From positions 193,651,137 through 193,690,404 of the forward strand of contig NC_068981.1 in the NCBI RefSeq assembly GCF_001194135.2: a DNA stretch of 39,268 nucleotides. Direction: 5' to 3'. Numbering within the stretch: the stretch's first letter is position 1; each line of letters begins with the position of its first letter. The position numbers and the translations under genes were made by a program. The stretch is from Octopus bimaculoides (taxonomy: Eukaryota). The notes under the pieces were generated by a model, which worked only from the letters and a program-made list of their open reading frames with translations, ran no database searches and was not told the DNA's origin. Below, in pieces: positions 23,865-36,225 of the stretch.

Positions 23865-24081
23865 AAGGCGGTGAGCTGGCAGAAATGTTAGAACACCGGA
23901 CGAAATGCTTAGCGGCATTTCGTCTACCTTTACGTTCTGAGTTCAAATTCCGCCGAGGTCGACTTTGCTTTCATCCTTTCGGAATCGATAAATTAAGTAC
24001 CAGTTGCGTACTGGGGACGATCTAATCGACTTAATCTCCTCTCAAAAATATCGGGCCTTGTGCCGAGAGTAGAAAAGAATC
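23865..24081 (+). mobile_element. SINE family A with 13-bp target site duplication
   Basis: TTTGTTTACCATC at 23852-23864 and 24082-24094. Confidence 0.92.
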
Positions 24082-24109
24082 TTTGTTTACCATCTATTTC
24101 AACTACAGC

Positions 24110-24335
24110 CACCGGCCAAAGAAAGAGATACGAGGCAAGTCAATCAACCTCCGATAAACATTAGCCAAATCTCCATCGAATCATACCCAACATTTGAAAT
24201 AAACGAAAAAAGACATTGGATAATATTGTTCCAGATAATTTGTAAAGAAAGACTGAATGGTCAAATTCAGAACGTACTTGAGTCTAGATCTGCTCATTGA
24301 GCAATGACTTTGAGTTAAACAACAATGACAAGCCG
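24110..24335 (-). repeat. Old interspersed repeat, related to 26490-26720 (+)
   Basis: Shared TTGTT..TTAAC, ATTAT(C/G)CAATGT and GGAGAT(T/G)TGG(C/T)T motifs in opposite orientation; aligned by eye. Confidence 0.45.
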
Positions 24336-24500
24336 TTCCACAACAATCTTATTTGTTATAAGTGCAGAGTGAATACCGCTTCCAACTAAACCTACATTTC
24401 ATTACTTTCTGCTACCATTGTAACCGTATTAAATACTCTATCCCCCATTCTCAGCGTGAGATACAATTTTAAAATCCAGCTTTCTTTAGCTGCTGTAATT

Positions 24501-24790
24501 ATGGCTGTGTGGTAAGAAGCTTGCTTACCAACCACATGGTTCCGGGTTAAGTCCTACTGCGCCTCGGGCCGACCAAAGCCTTGTGAGTGGATTTGGTAGA
24601 CGGAAACTGAAAGAAACTTGTCGTGTGTGTGTGTGTGTGTGTGTGTGAACCTTCGCTTGATAGCCGATGTTGGTGTGTTTACGTTCCCGTAACTTAACAG
24701 TTCGGCAAAAGTGACCGATAGAATAAGTCCTGGAGTCGATTTGTTGGTGTTCCAGCATGGCCTCAGTCCAATTACTGAAGCAAGCAAGAG
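24501..24790 (+). mobile_element. SINE family B with internal deletions
   Basis: TGGCTGTGTGGTAAGAAGCTTGC head, core and (TG)n. Confidence 0.85.
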
Positions 24791-25095
24791 AATAAACAGA
24801 TTAGCCGTTTTTTTTTCCCTGGGATTGGTCAAATTGATGTACATGCTTCGTGTGAGAATCCAAAAAGATTCGAAAATCGATCAAGGTTATTCATCTTTTT
24901 TTTTTCCTAACTACGAATAGCTAAATTAGCCCTGTTTAAAAAGCTACAATAATATAGGTTACATACATAAACCACCATCTTACTCTCATCTAACGTCTTA
25001 TTTCTATTATTTCTTTTCATCAGGCTTTATTTCAAGACAATCCAGTACTGTTCCAAAGATGAAAGTAAGTCATTTGTCAATTGTTTCTAACTCTA

Positions 25096-26391
25096 TCAGG
25101 TTATCCCATAAGTTCTGTGCCAACTTTGAATAAAGAAAACAAGTGATCAAATGTTATATTTAATTGAAATTTAATCATCAATGTACTTTCCCTGATTATC
25201 TATGACTTCCTTCCATCTATTTACAAGCTTTTTAATCCCATCAATGTAAAACTCTTTTGGTTTCAAAGCAAAGAACTCTGAAATGTCAGTTTCTACCTCC
25301 TCCTGGCTTGCGGAATTTATGTCCCCCAAATGATTCTGTAAACTACGAAACAAATGCTAGTCTGAAGGAGCAAGGGTGGGAGAATACGGTGGATGAGGAA
25401 TTTTTTTCCAACCAAGCTCTTCGATCTTCTGTGATGTGATCTTTACAGTGTGGGGTCACGCATTGTCCTGATGAAACATCACTCCTTTTCGATTCACTAA
25501 AGCGGGTCTTTTTTCCTTCAAAACTTGGTTCAAACGCTCTAATTGCTGACAGTAGACTTGAGCATTGATTGTTGCATTAGGTGGTAACAATTCAAAGTGA
25601 ATTAGTCCTTTGCAATCCAACCAGATAGAGAGAAGAACCTTTTTCCCATGAACTTCCTTTCTCGGTTGTGGTTGAGCTTTTTCCCTTTTACCAAGCCACT
25701 GTTTACGACGTTTAACAATTCGATAGAAGATNNNNNNNNNNNNNNNNNNNNNNNNNNNNNNNNNNNNNNNNNNNNNNNNNNNNNTCCAAAAAGGGTGAAA
25801 TGAGTTCGCGAGAATGGAGAGAAGAGCAGATGTCAACTCGGGATTTGCGGTTGCTTTCGGACAATTCATGAGGCACCCATTTTCCAAGTTAAGGAACTTT
25901 TCCAAGTTGTTGAAGATGACAATGAACAGTTGTATGGTTTGAACTAAGCTTTATTGCCAATTCTTCAACTGATAATACAGGATTTTCTTCAAGTAATGCC
26001 TCAAGGAACTTATCATCAAAGTCAACTGGAGGTTCTGTTCGATCTTCATCTTCAAGGCTGAAATCTCCACTTCTGAATTTTGCAAACCATCTTCTGCAAG
26101 TTCTTTCATTCAAGCATTCTTTCCCATAAACTGAATCTATGTTTCAAGTCGCTTCGGCTGCAGAGTTTCCTTTTTTTGTACCTCAAATGCTCTTTGGATA
26201 CTTCCATGTTAGAAAGGGTTTTAATCAAAGAAATTTTAATTCTATTATTCTGTAAAATAATATTTAATTAGTTTAAATGTACACAAATGCATAAAAATAA
26301 TTTTTAATTCCATTAGACATTCTAAAATACTATTAAATTTCATTCAATTTTAAAAAAGGTAAAATCGGACAGAACTTATGGGATAACCTGA
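25096..26391 (-). mobile_element. Full-length (1296 bp) mariner transposon with disrupted transposase
   Basis: 23-bp TIRs TCAGGTTATCCCATAAGTTCTGT (25096-25118 and 26369-26391), TA TSDs at 25094-25095 and 26392-26393. Transposase pieces RTCRRWFAKFRSGDFSLED, HGKKVLLSIWLD, FHQDNA, GIKKLVNRWKEVIDNQGKY in broken frames, with an N gap. Confidence 0.95.
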
Positions 26392-26944
26392 TATTTTGAT
26401 TTTAGCCTAGTTTAGCGAAATCATGAAAACGTATTAGCTTCATTGTCCATATGCTGTTGTTGTCGTCGTCGTCGTCATCTTTGCTACTGTTGTTGCTCTT
26501 TAACCCTAAGTCAACCGTGATGAAACACATCTGTGATGAAAGAATTTTAAGTGAAAATCCCGTGTTTTTGCTTGTTTGCTTTCGATTCAATCCATCTACA
26601 ACTACATTATGCAATGTAATTTTACACTCTTTAACACAGTTAGCTCTGATGAGAGGGAGATGTGGTTGCTATTTCTGGCAGGTCGGCAGTCAACATAAAG
26701 CCTCCCTCATTGGCTCTTTTCAGCCAGTGTATCGCTATGGTAGCCATGTTGTATTCAGATACATCAAAGATATATCATTCCACTTTTTGGGTTCAACCTG
26801 CAATTTTGACCACACTGTATCTTTAATCATTCACCTGATTCAGTCTTTGAACTGTGACCATTAGAATATGTGTAAACCTCTTTATTAACTTGCCTTAATT
26901 AACTTTATTTATTAACTTGCCTACTTATATGTAAACTGATGATA

Positions 26945-27535
26945 ATACTGGCTGCCCAGTCTTGGCTAAGAAGGAATATATTTACAGACACTGGAAGCTA
27001 TGCCAACACTATGGAATAACAACAGGAAAAGATGGTATAGGTACACGCTAGAAAAGGTCACAAAAAATGAGAAAGCAACCATACTCTGGGATATGCCAAT
27101 ACACACAGATAGAGAAATTAAGGTAAATAGGTTGTATATAGTTGTCAGAGATCACCAGGGAAAAATGCTTTCTAATCGATGTATCAATACCAACAAATGA
27201 CAATGTTTCTCTAACAGAAACTGAGAAACTTTCAAAATACAAAGATCTGGAAATAGAGGTAACTCGAATGTGGAGTCTAAAAACAGAAACAATTCCTATC
27301 ATAGTGGGCGCATTAGGTATGATAAATAAACATTCAGGTAGATTCATAGCAAAAACACCAAGACTTACAAGTATATATAACACACAGAAAATAGCACTAT
27401 TAGGTACCGCATACATCCTACGTAAAACACGTTCAATACAGTGACATTAAGAGCACCACTGCACATACCCAAAGCACTTAGAGCTGCGCTCGGTAGAGCA
27501 ATGAAAGCACGTGATAAAGATAAAGCTACTGAATG
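26945..27535 (+). mobile_element. 5'-truncated R4/Dong-like LINE 3' end (RLE) with (TAA)n tail 27536-27654
   Basis: GCPVLAKKEY, ATILWDMPIHTDREIK, CFLIDVSIP, EKLSKYKDLEIE, IPIIVGALG. Confidence 0.9.
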
Positions 27536-27826
<291 letters not shown>

Positions 27827-30188
27827 ATTTAAAGCATTGATCGATGGAGAAGAAATCCCGGGTCGGTTGATAAAAGGACGAACAGTGTTGTGTCTGAAGG
27901 ATGAATGAAAAGGAAACGCTGCCGACAATGATTACAGACCTATTTCTTGCCTCCCATTAATGTGGAAGTTACTGTCAAGAGGAATTACAGAAGAACTGTA
28001 CAAATTTCTTAATGAGAACGATATATTACCGACGGAACAAAAAGGCTGTAGGAGATGCAGAGGTACCAAAGATCAACTAGTGATAGACAAAATGGTAATG
28101 CAAGATTGTAAACGAAGGAGAACAAATTTGGGAATGGCCTGGATTGACTATCGCAAAGCTTATGATATGATTCCACATTCGTACATCATCGTCTTCGAGT
28201 GCTTAAATTTGTTTGAAATTACGACGAATGTAACGTGTTTTCTGAAGAGAAGTATGGTGGGGTACAAAACTGAGCTTACATTCAACAGAAAAGGCTTGGG
28301 CACCCTGGGTATCAGAAGAGGGATTTTCCATAATGACAGCTTATCTCCGTTGCTTTTTGTTCTCTACACGATCCCTCTGTCCTTGGTACTTAGGAAAATG
28401 AACCTTGGATATCAGCTAATTGGAAAGTTTCAAACAATCAACCACCTCCACTTCATGGATGATTTGAAGTTGTATGGAAAGTATAAGGCATAAATGAGTT
28501 CTTTGGTGAACACGATCCACTGTTTTAGTATTGATATTAGAATGGTATAATGTACCTGAAAAGAGGCAGAGTACAGTCCCTAGCAGTGATAGAATTACCT
28601 AATAGAGAACTCATTAAACAAATTGAAAAGGAAGGCTACAAATACCTTGCATGGTAGGTTCCCACAGATAGTTGCAGCAAATAATGGAAATGAGACATGG
28701 TTATGCTTACAGAAAGGAAAGCTGAAAAGTGAGTGAAAGTTTATTAGCAGCAGCACAGGATCAAGTATTAAGGACTAATTGGATAAAAGCCAAGATTGAT
28801 AAAAATCAAATAGATTCCCAATGTAGATCATGCAAATCAAAAGAGGAAAGCGTTGCTCTTATAGAAAGGAAATGAAAGCGTTGATCTTGAGAAGGAAATG
28901 AAAGAACTGAGGATGGAATATTTCCGAAGACTAAAATTGGTGTTGCGCTCAAAATTAACCGGATGGAATAAAATCCAAACAGTTTATGCAAGGGTAATAC
29001 AACATTTCGGTATGGAGCTGGAATCATAAATTGGCAAAAGAACTGATGAACATGGATACGAAGACAAAACACATATTGACGGTGCACCGAGCTTTCCACC
29101 CTAAGAGTGACACTGATAAGCTTTACTTGCCAGAAGAAAGGGTGGGAGAGGTTTGGTCAGTTGCCAGGATTGTATCGAAGTAGAGGAAAACAGCTTAGGG
29201 TGATATCTAAAAAATACCGTAGAACTGTTGTTGAAGCATATGATGAAGGCTGCGTAATTAAAACTGATAACTGTGTTAAGAAAGAAAAACTTTAAAAGGA
29301 AAAGAACAACAAAAAAAGAAGAGACAGTATACAAGGAGAAGAAAATGTACGGTCATATTGCAAGAGATACGAACGCCAAATCAGATACAGGAGACCGGTG
29401 GCTATGAATGAGGAGAAATGACCTGAAGATAGAAACAGAAGCACTTATATGCGCAGCACAAGAACAAGCGTTAAGGACTAACTGTGTGAAGTGCAGATTA
29501 GACAACACTACCGATAGCGACAAATGCAGAATGTGTGGTAAGAGAGGTGAAATGGTATGGCACATCGTTAGCGAATGCACGAAATTGGCACAACACGATT
29601 ACAAAGGACGCTGTGAAAACGTGGCAAGAATGTTCTATTGGGGGCTCTATGGAAATCACGGTCTACAAAGAGCAAAGATGTGGAATGAGCAAACTCCATA
29701 AGGAATTACTAAGAATGAAGATTGCAAACAAAATCCTGTGGGATGCAATGATTCAGTGCGATCACCCAACCAGACATCGGAAACTGGACATTGTTGTGAT
29801 GAATAAAAAAGACAGAACATGTATAATAATCGACATAGCATGACCCGGTGACAACAGGATCAATGTGAAAGAAGAAGAAGAAATAAACAACTATGACGAT
29901 TTTAAGTGAGAAATACGAAGGTTGTGGTCAAAGAAGAGAGTAAACGTGATACGAATAGTAATTGGTGCACTTGGAAGTATCAGCACTCAACTACCAACAT
30001 GGCTGAAAAAGATCAGTACAAATGTGAAGGTAGAACACCTACAAAAGTCAGAATTGCTTGGAACTACAAGAGTTCTTTGCAGGGTTCTTGAAGCATGACC
30101 AGTAAAGAAGTGTCACCTCAGTTTGCGGGCTGTGGACAGCTGACACTTTTCATCATACCCAGCAAAATAAGCTGTGAGTTTTCATCAA
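27827..30188 (+). mobile_element. Degenerate R4/Dong-like LINE (RT, CCHC, RLE) with (GAT)n tail 30189-30229
   Basis: [111 protein letters not shown]; many stops. Confidence 0.92.
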
Positions 30189-30231
<43 letters not shown>

Positions 30232-30359
30232 GCTTACTAATTGATCCATCATGTCCGTTTGATTCCAGGATCGAATAGGAAGGAAACAAAAAAACAAAAC
30301 AAAATACCTTAAAATTTGAAATTGCAAGAATTTGCAGAATGAAAACTGTAAAGGTAGTT

Positions 30360-30628
30360 ATTTGACTGGTACTTATTTCATCCACCCCAAAAGGATAAAC
30401 GGTAAAGTCGACCTCTGCAGAATTTGAACTCAGAACGAAAAGAGGGTCGAAACACAGTTATGCATTTTGTTCGGTGTGTGTTAACGATTCTGCTATCTCA
30501 CCGCCTCAAACAATGGTTTCCAATTTTGGCACAATGCCAGTAACTTTGGAGGGTGGAGGGATAAGTGGAACTTATTTTATCGACTCCGAAAGAATGAAAG
30601 TCGACATCGGCAGCATCGCTGCCTCAAA
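30360..30628 (-). mobile_element. Two partial SINE family A copies in tandem
   Basis: GTCGACCTC...ATTTGAACTCAGAACG...CTCACCGCC at 30360-30507, then a deleted copy. Confidence 0.7.
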
Positions 30629-30706
30629 TAATGAATGAAAGATAGACATTAATCAAGGAACGAAGCGGCCCTTTTTGCATTTTGAGTTCAATTTTACAAT
30701 TGTTAA

Positions 30707-31479
30707 CCCTTCGTGGGCTGGTGGGGTCCCTTGGGACCCAAGCAAATTTTTACAGTTATGCAACTTTTACATTTTTATTTAAATGATTTTATATCTCATG
30801 ACTTTAATTATGATTAGTTTATGCATGCACATACAAATTTTGAGTTTAAAATTGCCAGTTATATGGATGCTATAGCATAAAATATGGTCATTGGGGACCC
30901 AATTGGCCGCCTGTGAAATTGTTTTACTCTGTTCTTTCTTCAGATGTTCTGATGAAATATAAGTCAATTTTCTTCGCAATCGATATACTAAATAATTTTG
31001 TTTTATTTTATATTTAGTGCTATATGTATAATTTATAAAAGTATAAAAAATGTTCTGTTGTGTCTGGGGAGAGTCATTCTCTTTCAGTGCCTTATAATTT
31101 AACACACTCACTGGTAAAATTTCCACTCATTTACTTATCTATTTTTCTAAAAGTTTCGATGCGTCTTGCAACCTTTTCAATAGTTGTTGACTCTCAAATT
31201 ATAAGGCACTAAAAGAAAATGACTCTCTTCAGACACAACAGAAAATGCTTCAACACACGAACTCACATAAAGAATCTTGCAAACCAAATCCAAAAACGAT
31301 ATAAAAAATGTTGATTTCTTTCAGTAAAGGTTTTTTTCAATCAATAAATTATATTTTAATTCCCCTCCATTAAACGCTAATAATTTATGGATAGTGCAGA
31401 AATGCGCAAAAATAAAAGGGGCTCCCTCGGGACCCCAATGGTCTTTTGTGTAATTCCAACCCCGCCAGCCCACGAAGGG
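30707..31479. mobile_element. piggyBac-type non-autonomous element (MITE), 773 bp
   Basis: TTAA TSDs at 30703-30706 and 31480-31483; TIR CCCTTCGTGGGCTGG(T/C)GGGGT; CCC...GGG termini as in piggyBac; no transposase ORF. Confidence 0.85.
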
Positions 31480-31624
31480 TTAAAGTAGTATACAGTTGTA
31501 CACTGTATACCATACACTGTCTACTGTACACCTAATATTTCTTATACTATTTTAATTAGAATTAACAATTAGAAAATTTATCTATAATAATATATACATT
31601 TATATTTTTGTCTTTTTATTTCAG

Positions 31625-32692
31625 GAATATGATTCATTTTTTGATTCTCTCCAAACAGAACGGAAAAGTCGCATTGCAGATGTTTGTCAGAAAGAAATGT
31701 CTAAATATGAAAGTCTAAACCATGCATCAGGCAATTTTTTATTTTATTCCTCTTTAAATTTATCTTACTGTGTTGTGGCTAAAGTAGGGTGTACCTTCTG
31801 GATTGCTATTATTCGCTTTCTTCTTCGAGACTTTCCTGAAAACCTTCTCAAAACACATCCACTGGATATAACAAAATATAACGTCCACAGCGCAAGTAAA
31901 CGGCTTAGACATTTGACGAAAGACGTCGGATATTCGTATTTAGTAAATTCAACAAAATTCTTTTTTGCCAGGAATCCGTACTCGCGCCTTTTATCTGGTT
32001 ATATGGACAAAATGATGCTACCGGGGTATTGGACTTCAGTTTCGGTGGATATCGTTTCACTTACGAGGAACAAAACAAATATCAAGTGTGTTAGTGACAT
32101 AACTTTTAGAGAATTCTTACATTACGCTGCCGTCTCAGAAACCAAGAATTTCCACAGAAATGGTCACTGGATTCCAGTGTATAAGCTATGTAATCCTTGT
32201 AAATGGAAGTTTGATTATATTGGAAAACAAGAAACATTCACGAAAGATGCTAAAGTTATTCTCGAATATTTTGGTTTAAATTATATGAAAAACAGAAGTC
32301 ATTTACAAAATATTTTGCACCAGACATATTCCCAAAGCGAATATACCTTTAGTTTCACCTATGCGGCAGAAAATATTTGTAATCAGTCAGTAGAATTCAT
32401 TGCCAGGCGGTTGTGGTATGTCTATCAAATGCAGGGTTATATACGTAACACGTCTCAATTTATTATGCCACGTCTTAAACAGGGAGAGAAGCTTACTCTA
32501 GTGACGTTTCAAAAATTAGTTGAACACGAAATAATTAGCAATACTATGACATCTCTAGAATCTTCAAATCAGAGAAAATATTTTTGGCGGGAGTTTTTTT
32601 CAAAAATTCCTACAGCATTGATTAAGGAGATTCAAAAGGTGTATGAGTTAGATTTTAAATTATTTGATTATTCGTTTGACTCCTACCAATAA
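31625..32692 (+). CDS. Terminal exon of a carbohydrate sulfotransferase (Sulfotransfer_2; CHST11/12/13-like)
   Basis: Pyrimidine tract and TTTCAG|GAA phase-0 acceptor; open frame EYDSFFDSLQTERKSRIADVC... to TAA. 5'-PSB-like YCVVAKVGCTFW, 3'-PB-like FARNPYSRLLSGYMDK, HWIPVYKLCNPC..FDYIGKQETF, and C-terminal YELDFKLFDY. Orthology not resolvable, so no symbol is given. Confidence 0.92.
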   Translation, partial: EYDSFFDSLQTERKSRIADVCQKEMSKYESLNHASGNFLFYSSLNLSYCVVAKVGCTFWIAIIRFLLRDFPENLLKTHPLDITKYNVHSASKRLRHLTKDVGYSYLVNSTKFFFARNPYSRLLSGYMDKMMLPGYWTSVSVDIVSLTRNKTNIKCVSDITFREFLHYAAVSETKNFHRNGHWIPVYKLCNPCKWKFDYIGKQETFTKDAKVILEYFGLNYMKNRSHLQNILHQTYSQSEYTFSFTYAAENICNQSVEFIARRLWYVYQMQGYIRNTSQFIMPRLKQGEKLTLVTFQKLVEHEIISNTMTSLESSNQRKYFWREFFSKIPTALIKEIQKVYELDFKLFDYSFDSYQ

Positions 32693-33616
32693 TAAACAAC
32701 AGATACGTTCAAAGTGGGTTTTGTTTTGGTATAATAACAATCACTATCAAACTGCTGTCTTTTGTAATGTTTTGTTCGAATCGGTGACAAGAGGATTTAG
32801 TGGCCTGTATTCATAGCGTGTTACAAGTGATCATCGAACTGTTGCCCTCACCCGCTCTGAAAGGAAAGCAGACGAGACCAAAACATGATTGTTTTAGAAT
32901 AGAGCATAAGATCTTGACGTCATACAATCTTAACGTCATACAGTCCTTCCTCATAAAGAAGGCTTCAAATAAAGAAAAGGAAATGGCGAGTAGAAATATA
33001 TGAGATCCAGACATTAAAATAGCTCTATTTAGTTTACCCTGGACAAAGAGCGACGTTCCTGACGGTCACGTGCTCATGCGACACTTTTACCTTGATTCCC
33101 AATGCGCGGAGCAGCGAACGAGAATATAAAGCTAATGATTTCCTCAACAAAATAAATAAAAAAGAGAGAGAGAGAGAACAACTATTTGAAAATTTCAGTT
33201 TCTTGATCAAAAATTAGCATAAACTTTTGAAATATCGCAATTATTAAATAACATTCCCTTATTTGAAAATCTAATGTGATTTGCAACCTTCCATACAAAT
33301 ATTTTTTTTCTACATATCTTTATCTGATTTTGAAAATGAACAATCTGGTGTGTTTATTTTAATGCCCTATTAATGTATGCAGCGAGTTTCTTTTTTGTCC
33401 TAGGTGTCGGGAAGACACTCGGAAAGAAATGGAAGCAAAATTGAAGGAAGAAGAAAAACTTATAATAACAATAATAATAATATCTCAATACAACGACGAA
33501 GTATTTTCGTGTAAAACTTATCAAGGTGCACAATAAAATTAATATGATTTCAAATTACACACAATCCGAAGGTACAGTATCTGTTTAAATTTGCGTTAAA
33601 TCTGTGCGCACGCGCA

Positions 33617-33650
<34 letters not shown>

Positions 33651-33945
33651 TGTGTACCTCGGAAACAATTTCAACAGATTTTTCATATACCGATGCACGT
33701 GCAGAAAGAAAGCTATAGTTACAAAATTTGTAACAGATAGATACGTAGACAGACAGGGAGAGAGAGAGGGAGAGAGAGAGAGAGAGAGAGGGAGAGAAAG
33801 AGGGAGAGAGAGAGGGAGGGATGTAAGTCTATATTTGTGCGAAAGCATTTGGGAAAACTGTAACGAATCCTAGGTGACAGCAAAATTTTTCAGCTACACT
33901 AAAACAATACATTTTGCTCTAAAAAATAATGTTTTGAATGGCACG

Positions 33946-34037
33946 ACAATGCACTCTAATAACAACAATGGACTATAATAACAACAATGGACTATAATAA
34001 CAACAATGGACTCTAATAACAACAATGGACTATAATA
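33946..34037. repeat. 19-bp tandem repeat, about 4.5 copies
   Basis: ACT(C/A)TAATAACAACAATGG, contiguous, no spacers. Confidence 0.9.
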
Positions 34038-34399
34038 GCTGATGTAGTTTAATCATCCGTAGTCTGATATAATATTACGGAATATAAAAATTCCTTCTTC
34101 GGATATCCCCAGGAATTGATCGAGTCACTGCTATAATCGATTTTCCAGCGGGTTTTTTTTTTTTGTTCGGAAACGTCTCTGCAGTGCGCTCACAAAGCTC
34201 CTTCCGGAATTCCTCTTGAGAAGTGCGTGAGGGCGGCCATGTGTCAAGCTCGTGTGTGCTGGCACATCCGTAGCGCTGCAGTTTCCTTTCCCTACCTTCC
34301 CTCTTTTTTGTTTTATCTTTGCTATTCGAGTGCTATTTTTCTTCGCCTCGTTTTACGTGCTTGCGTGTGTGAGTGTATACCATTATATATGTATGTGGA

Positions 34400-34746
34400 T
34401 CCCGTGCCGGTGGCACGTAAATAGCAGCGTCCGAACGTGGTCGATGCCAGTCCCCCTCGCCCGACTGGCTCCTGTGCCGGTGGCACGTAAAAAGCACTAT
34501 CCGAATGTGGCCGATGCCAGTGCTGCTTGCTTGGCTCCTGTGCCGGTGACACGTAAAAAGCACCCACTACACTCTCGGAGTGGTTGGCGTTAGGAAGAGC
34601 ATCCAGCTGTAGAAACATTGTCAAATGAGATTGCAGCGTGTTGCGGCCTCCTAGCTTGCCAGTCCCCAATCAAACCGTCCGACCCATTCTAGCATGAAAA
34701 ACGGACGTTAAACGAGTATGATGATGATGATGATGATGATGATGAT
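34400..34746 (+). mobile_element. SINE-like retroposon, family D, with internal tandem units and (GAT)n tail
   Basis: Three CC(C/T)GTGCCGGTG(G/A)CACGTAAA units, then GGTTGGCGTTAGGAAGAGCATCCAGCTGTAGAAAC...AAACGGACGTTAAAC and (GAT)n; tail looks RTE-LINE-like (from recall). Confidence 0.7.
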
Positions 34747-35007
34747 ATAAGTATGTATTTTATACACGCACAACTAATTTAGAGCGAATACGTTTTCAAT
34801 TGAAATTATGTAAATAAAATCAGTGAGGAGAAACAGTGAAGAATTACAAAAAAAACCCATTAATATCGAGAGAACGAGTAAACAGAACAGCATGTCCTAC
34901 AAATCCTAGCAAACAAACACTTAAACCTAAGCCAAGTCTATACAGTCTTAGCTTTATGTTGTTCTGTTTGTATGTATGTATGTATGTATGTATGTATGTT
35001 ATGTATG

Positions 35008-35486
35008 TCAGTGTTCAATTTTATTTCAAGATTTCTTGCCAATAAAGAAAGAACCGGTTTCTAAGCTAGATCCAAGTCTCCTTCATTGGAATTTCAGCAT
35101 CAACAACAGGGTATTTTTGTATTATGTATGTATGTATGTATGTATGTATGTATGTATGTATGTGCAGATTTGCATGTTTTATGTATGTCTTCTCATGCAT
35201 ATAGTTACATATCTAGACATGCTCATATATATTTAAATGATAAACTTCTGGAAAGTTTTACAGATTTTTACAGTTCCACTGGTAGGTTGGATCTGTAATC
35301 TTGATATTAGCTTTCTCCTTTCTGGTTTTGAGAAGCCTAATTTCTCAAGATTGGTATTTAGGCAGTGTGTTACATATCCCAGGGCCCCAATAATTACAGG
35401 TATAAACCTGAACTTGTAATCTGGATAGAGTAACTGTAGATTTCTCAATAGTTCAACATAGGTGTTCTCTTTTTCACTGATCTTCA
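35008..35486 (-). mobile_element. Second 5'-truncated copy of the RLE LINE at 11357-12036
   Basis: LKISEKENTYVELLRNLQLLYPDYKFRFIPVIIGALG...GTVKICKTFQKF plus homologous 3' UTR; (TATG)n on both flanks. Confidence 0.9.
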
Positions 35487-35509
35487 GTATGTATGTATGT
35501 ATGTATGTG

Positions 35510-35740
35510 AGTGTGTGTTTGAGTTTGTTCCCCCACCCCGCCGACATCGTTTGACAACCGATGTCGGATCTGTTCACATCCCAGTAATCAGCCAGTTCGA
35601 CAAAAGAGAGACTGGGGGAATAAGTACCAGATTTTAAAAATAGATAAGTGTCGGGGTCAATCTATTCAACCTATACCTTTCAAGGTGATGCCCCAGCATG
35701 GTCGATATTCAATGAACGAGACAAATAAATAAAAAAGAAG
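35510..35740 (+). mobile_element. SINE family B, 3' half
   Basis: CATCGTTTGACAACCGATG...GTTCGACAAAAGAG...CCAGCATGG. Confidence 0.7.
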
Positions 35741-35939
35741 GTAAAAGATTTGATGAAAAGGTATTCAGGTGTTTCCAGATTTTAAAGATTTTGATACAAA
35801 TTGATCGATCTGTCTATAAAAATAAAGCAACATTAAGCAAACAAATATATTCGTGAAAGCAAACAACACAATTTTCACATTGATTTATATACGCGGAGAA
35901 GAAGTGTATGTGGTTATATTTAGGTGTGTCCGTATTGTA

Positions 35940-36082
35940 AAGGCGCGTGGCTTAGTGGTTAATGATTTCGGCTCACGATAGGACAAGGGACTTTATTTCA
36001 CGTTGCTCCCGTCCACTCAGCTAACCAAAAAGATTAAACTTGTAATTCAAAGAGAACAGCCTCGTCCTATTCTTTGTCACGC
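35940..36082 (+). mobile_element. Degraded, internally deleted SINE related to family C
   Basis: GGCGCGTGGCTTAGTGGTTA head and TGTAATTCAAAG..CAGCCT...GTCACGCTG core. Confidence 0.5.
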
Positions 36083-36178
36083 TGGTTGGATGACTGGTTG
36101 ACTGGTTGGTTGGCTGGTTCTTTCTCTAGTCAGACTTTACATCATATGAAGAGAGAAAAAGAGAAGTACAAAGAGGCA

Positions 36179-36225
<47 letters not shown>

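Noticed and set aside
33946-34037. CRISPR-like array (also considered for the 17-bp and 36-bp repeats)
   Set aside because: Contiguous units without unique spacers, no cas genes, eukaryotic context.
34080-34230. Possible Tc1 transposase C-terminal remnant
   Set aside because: Too short and degenerate; no TIR found.
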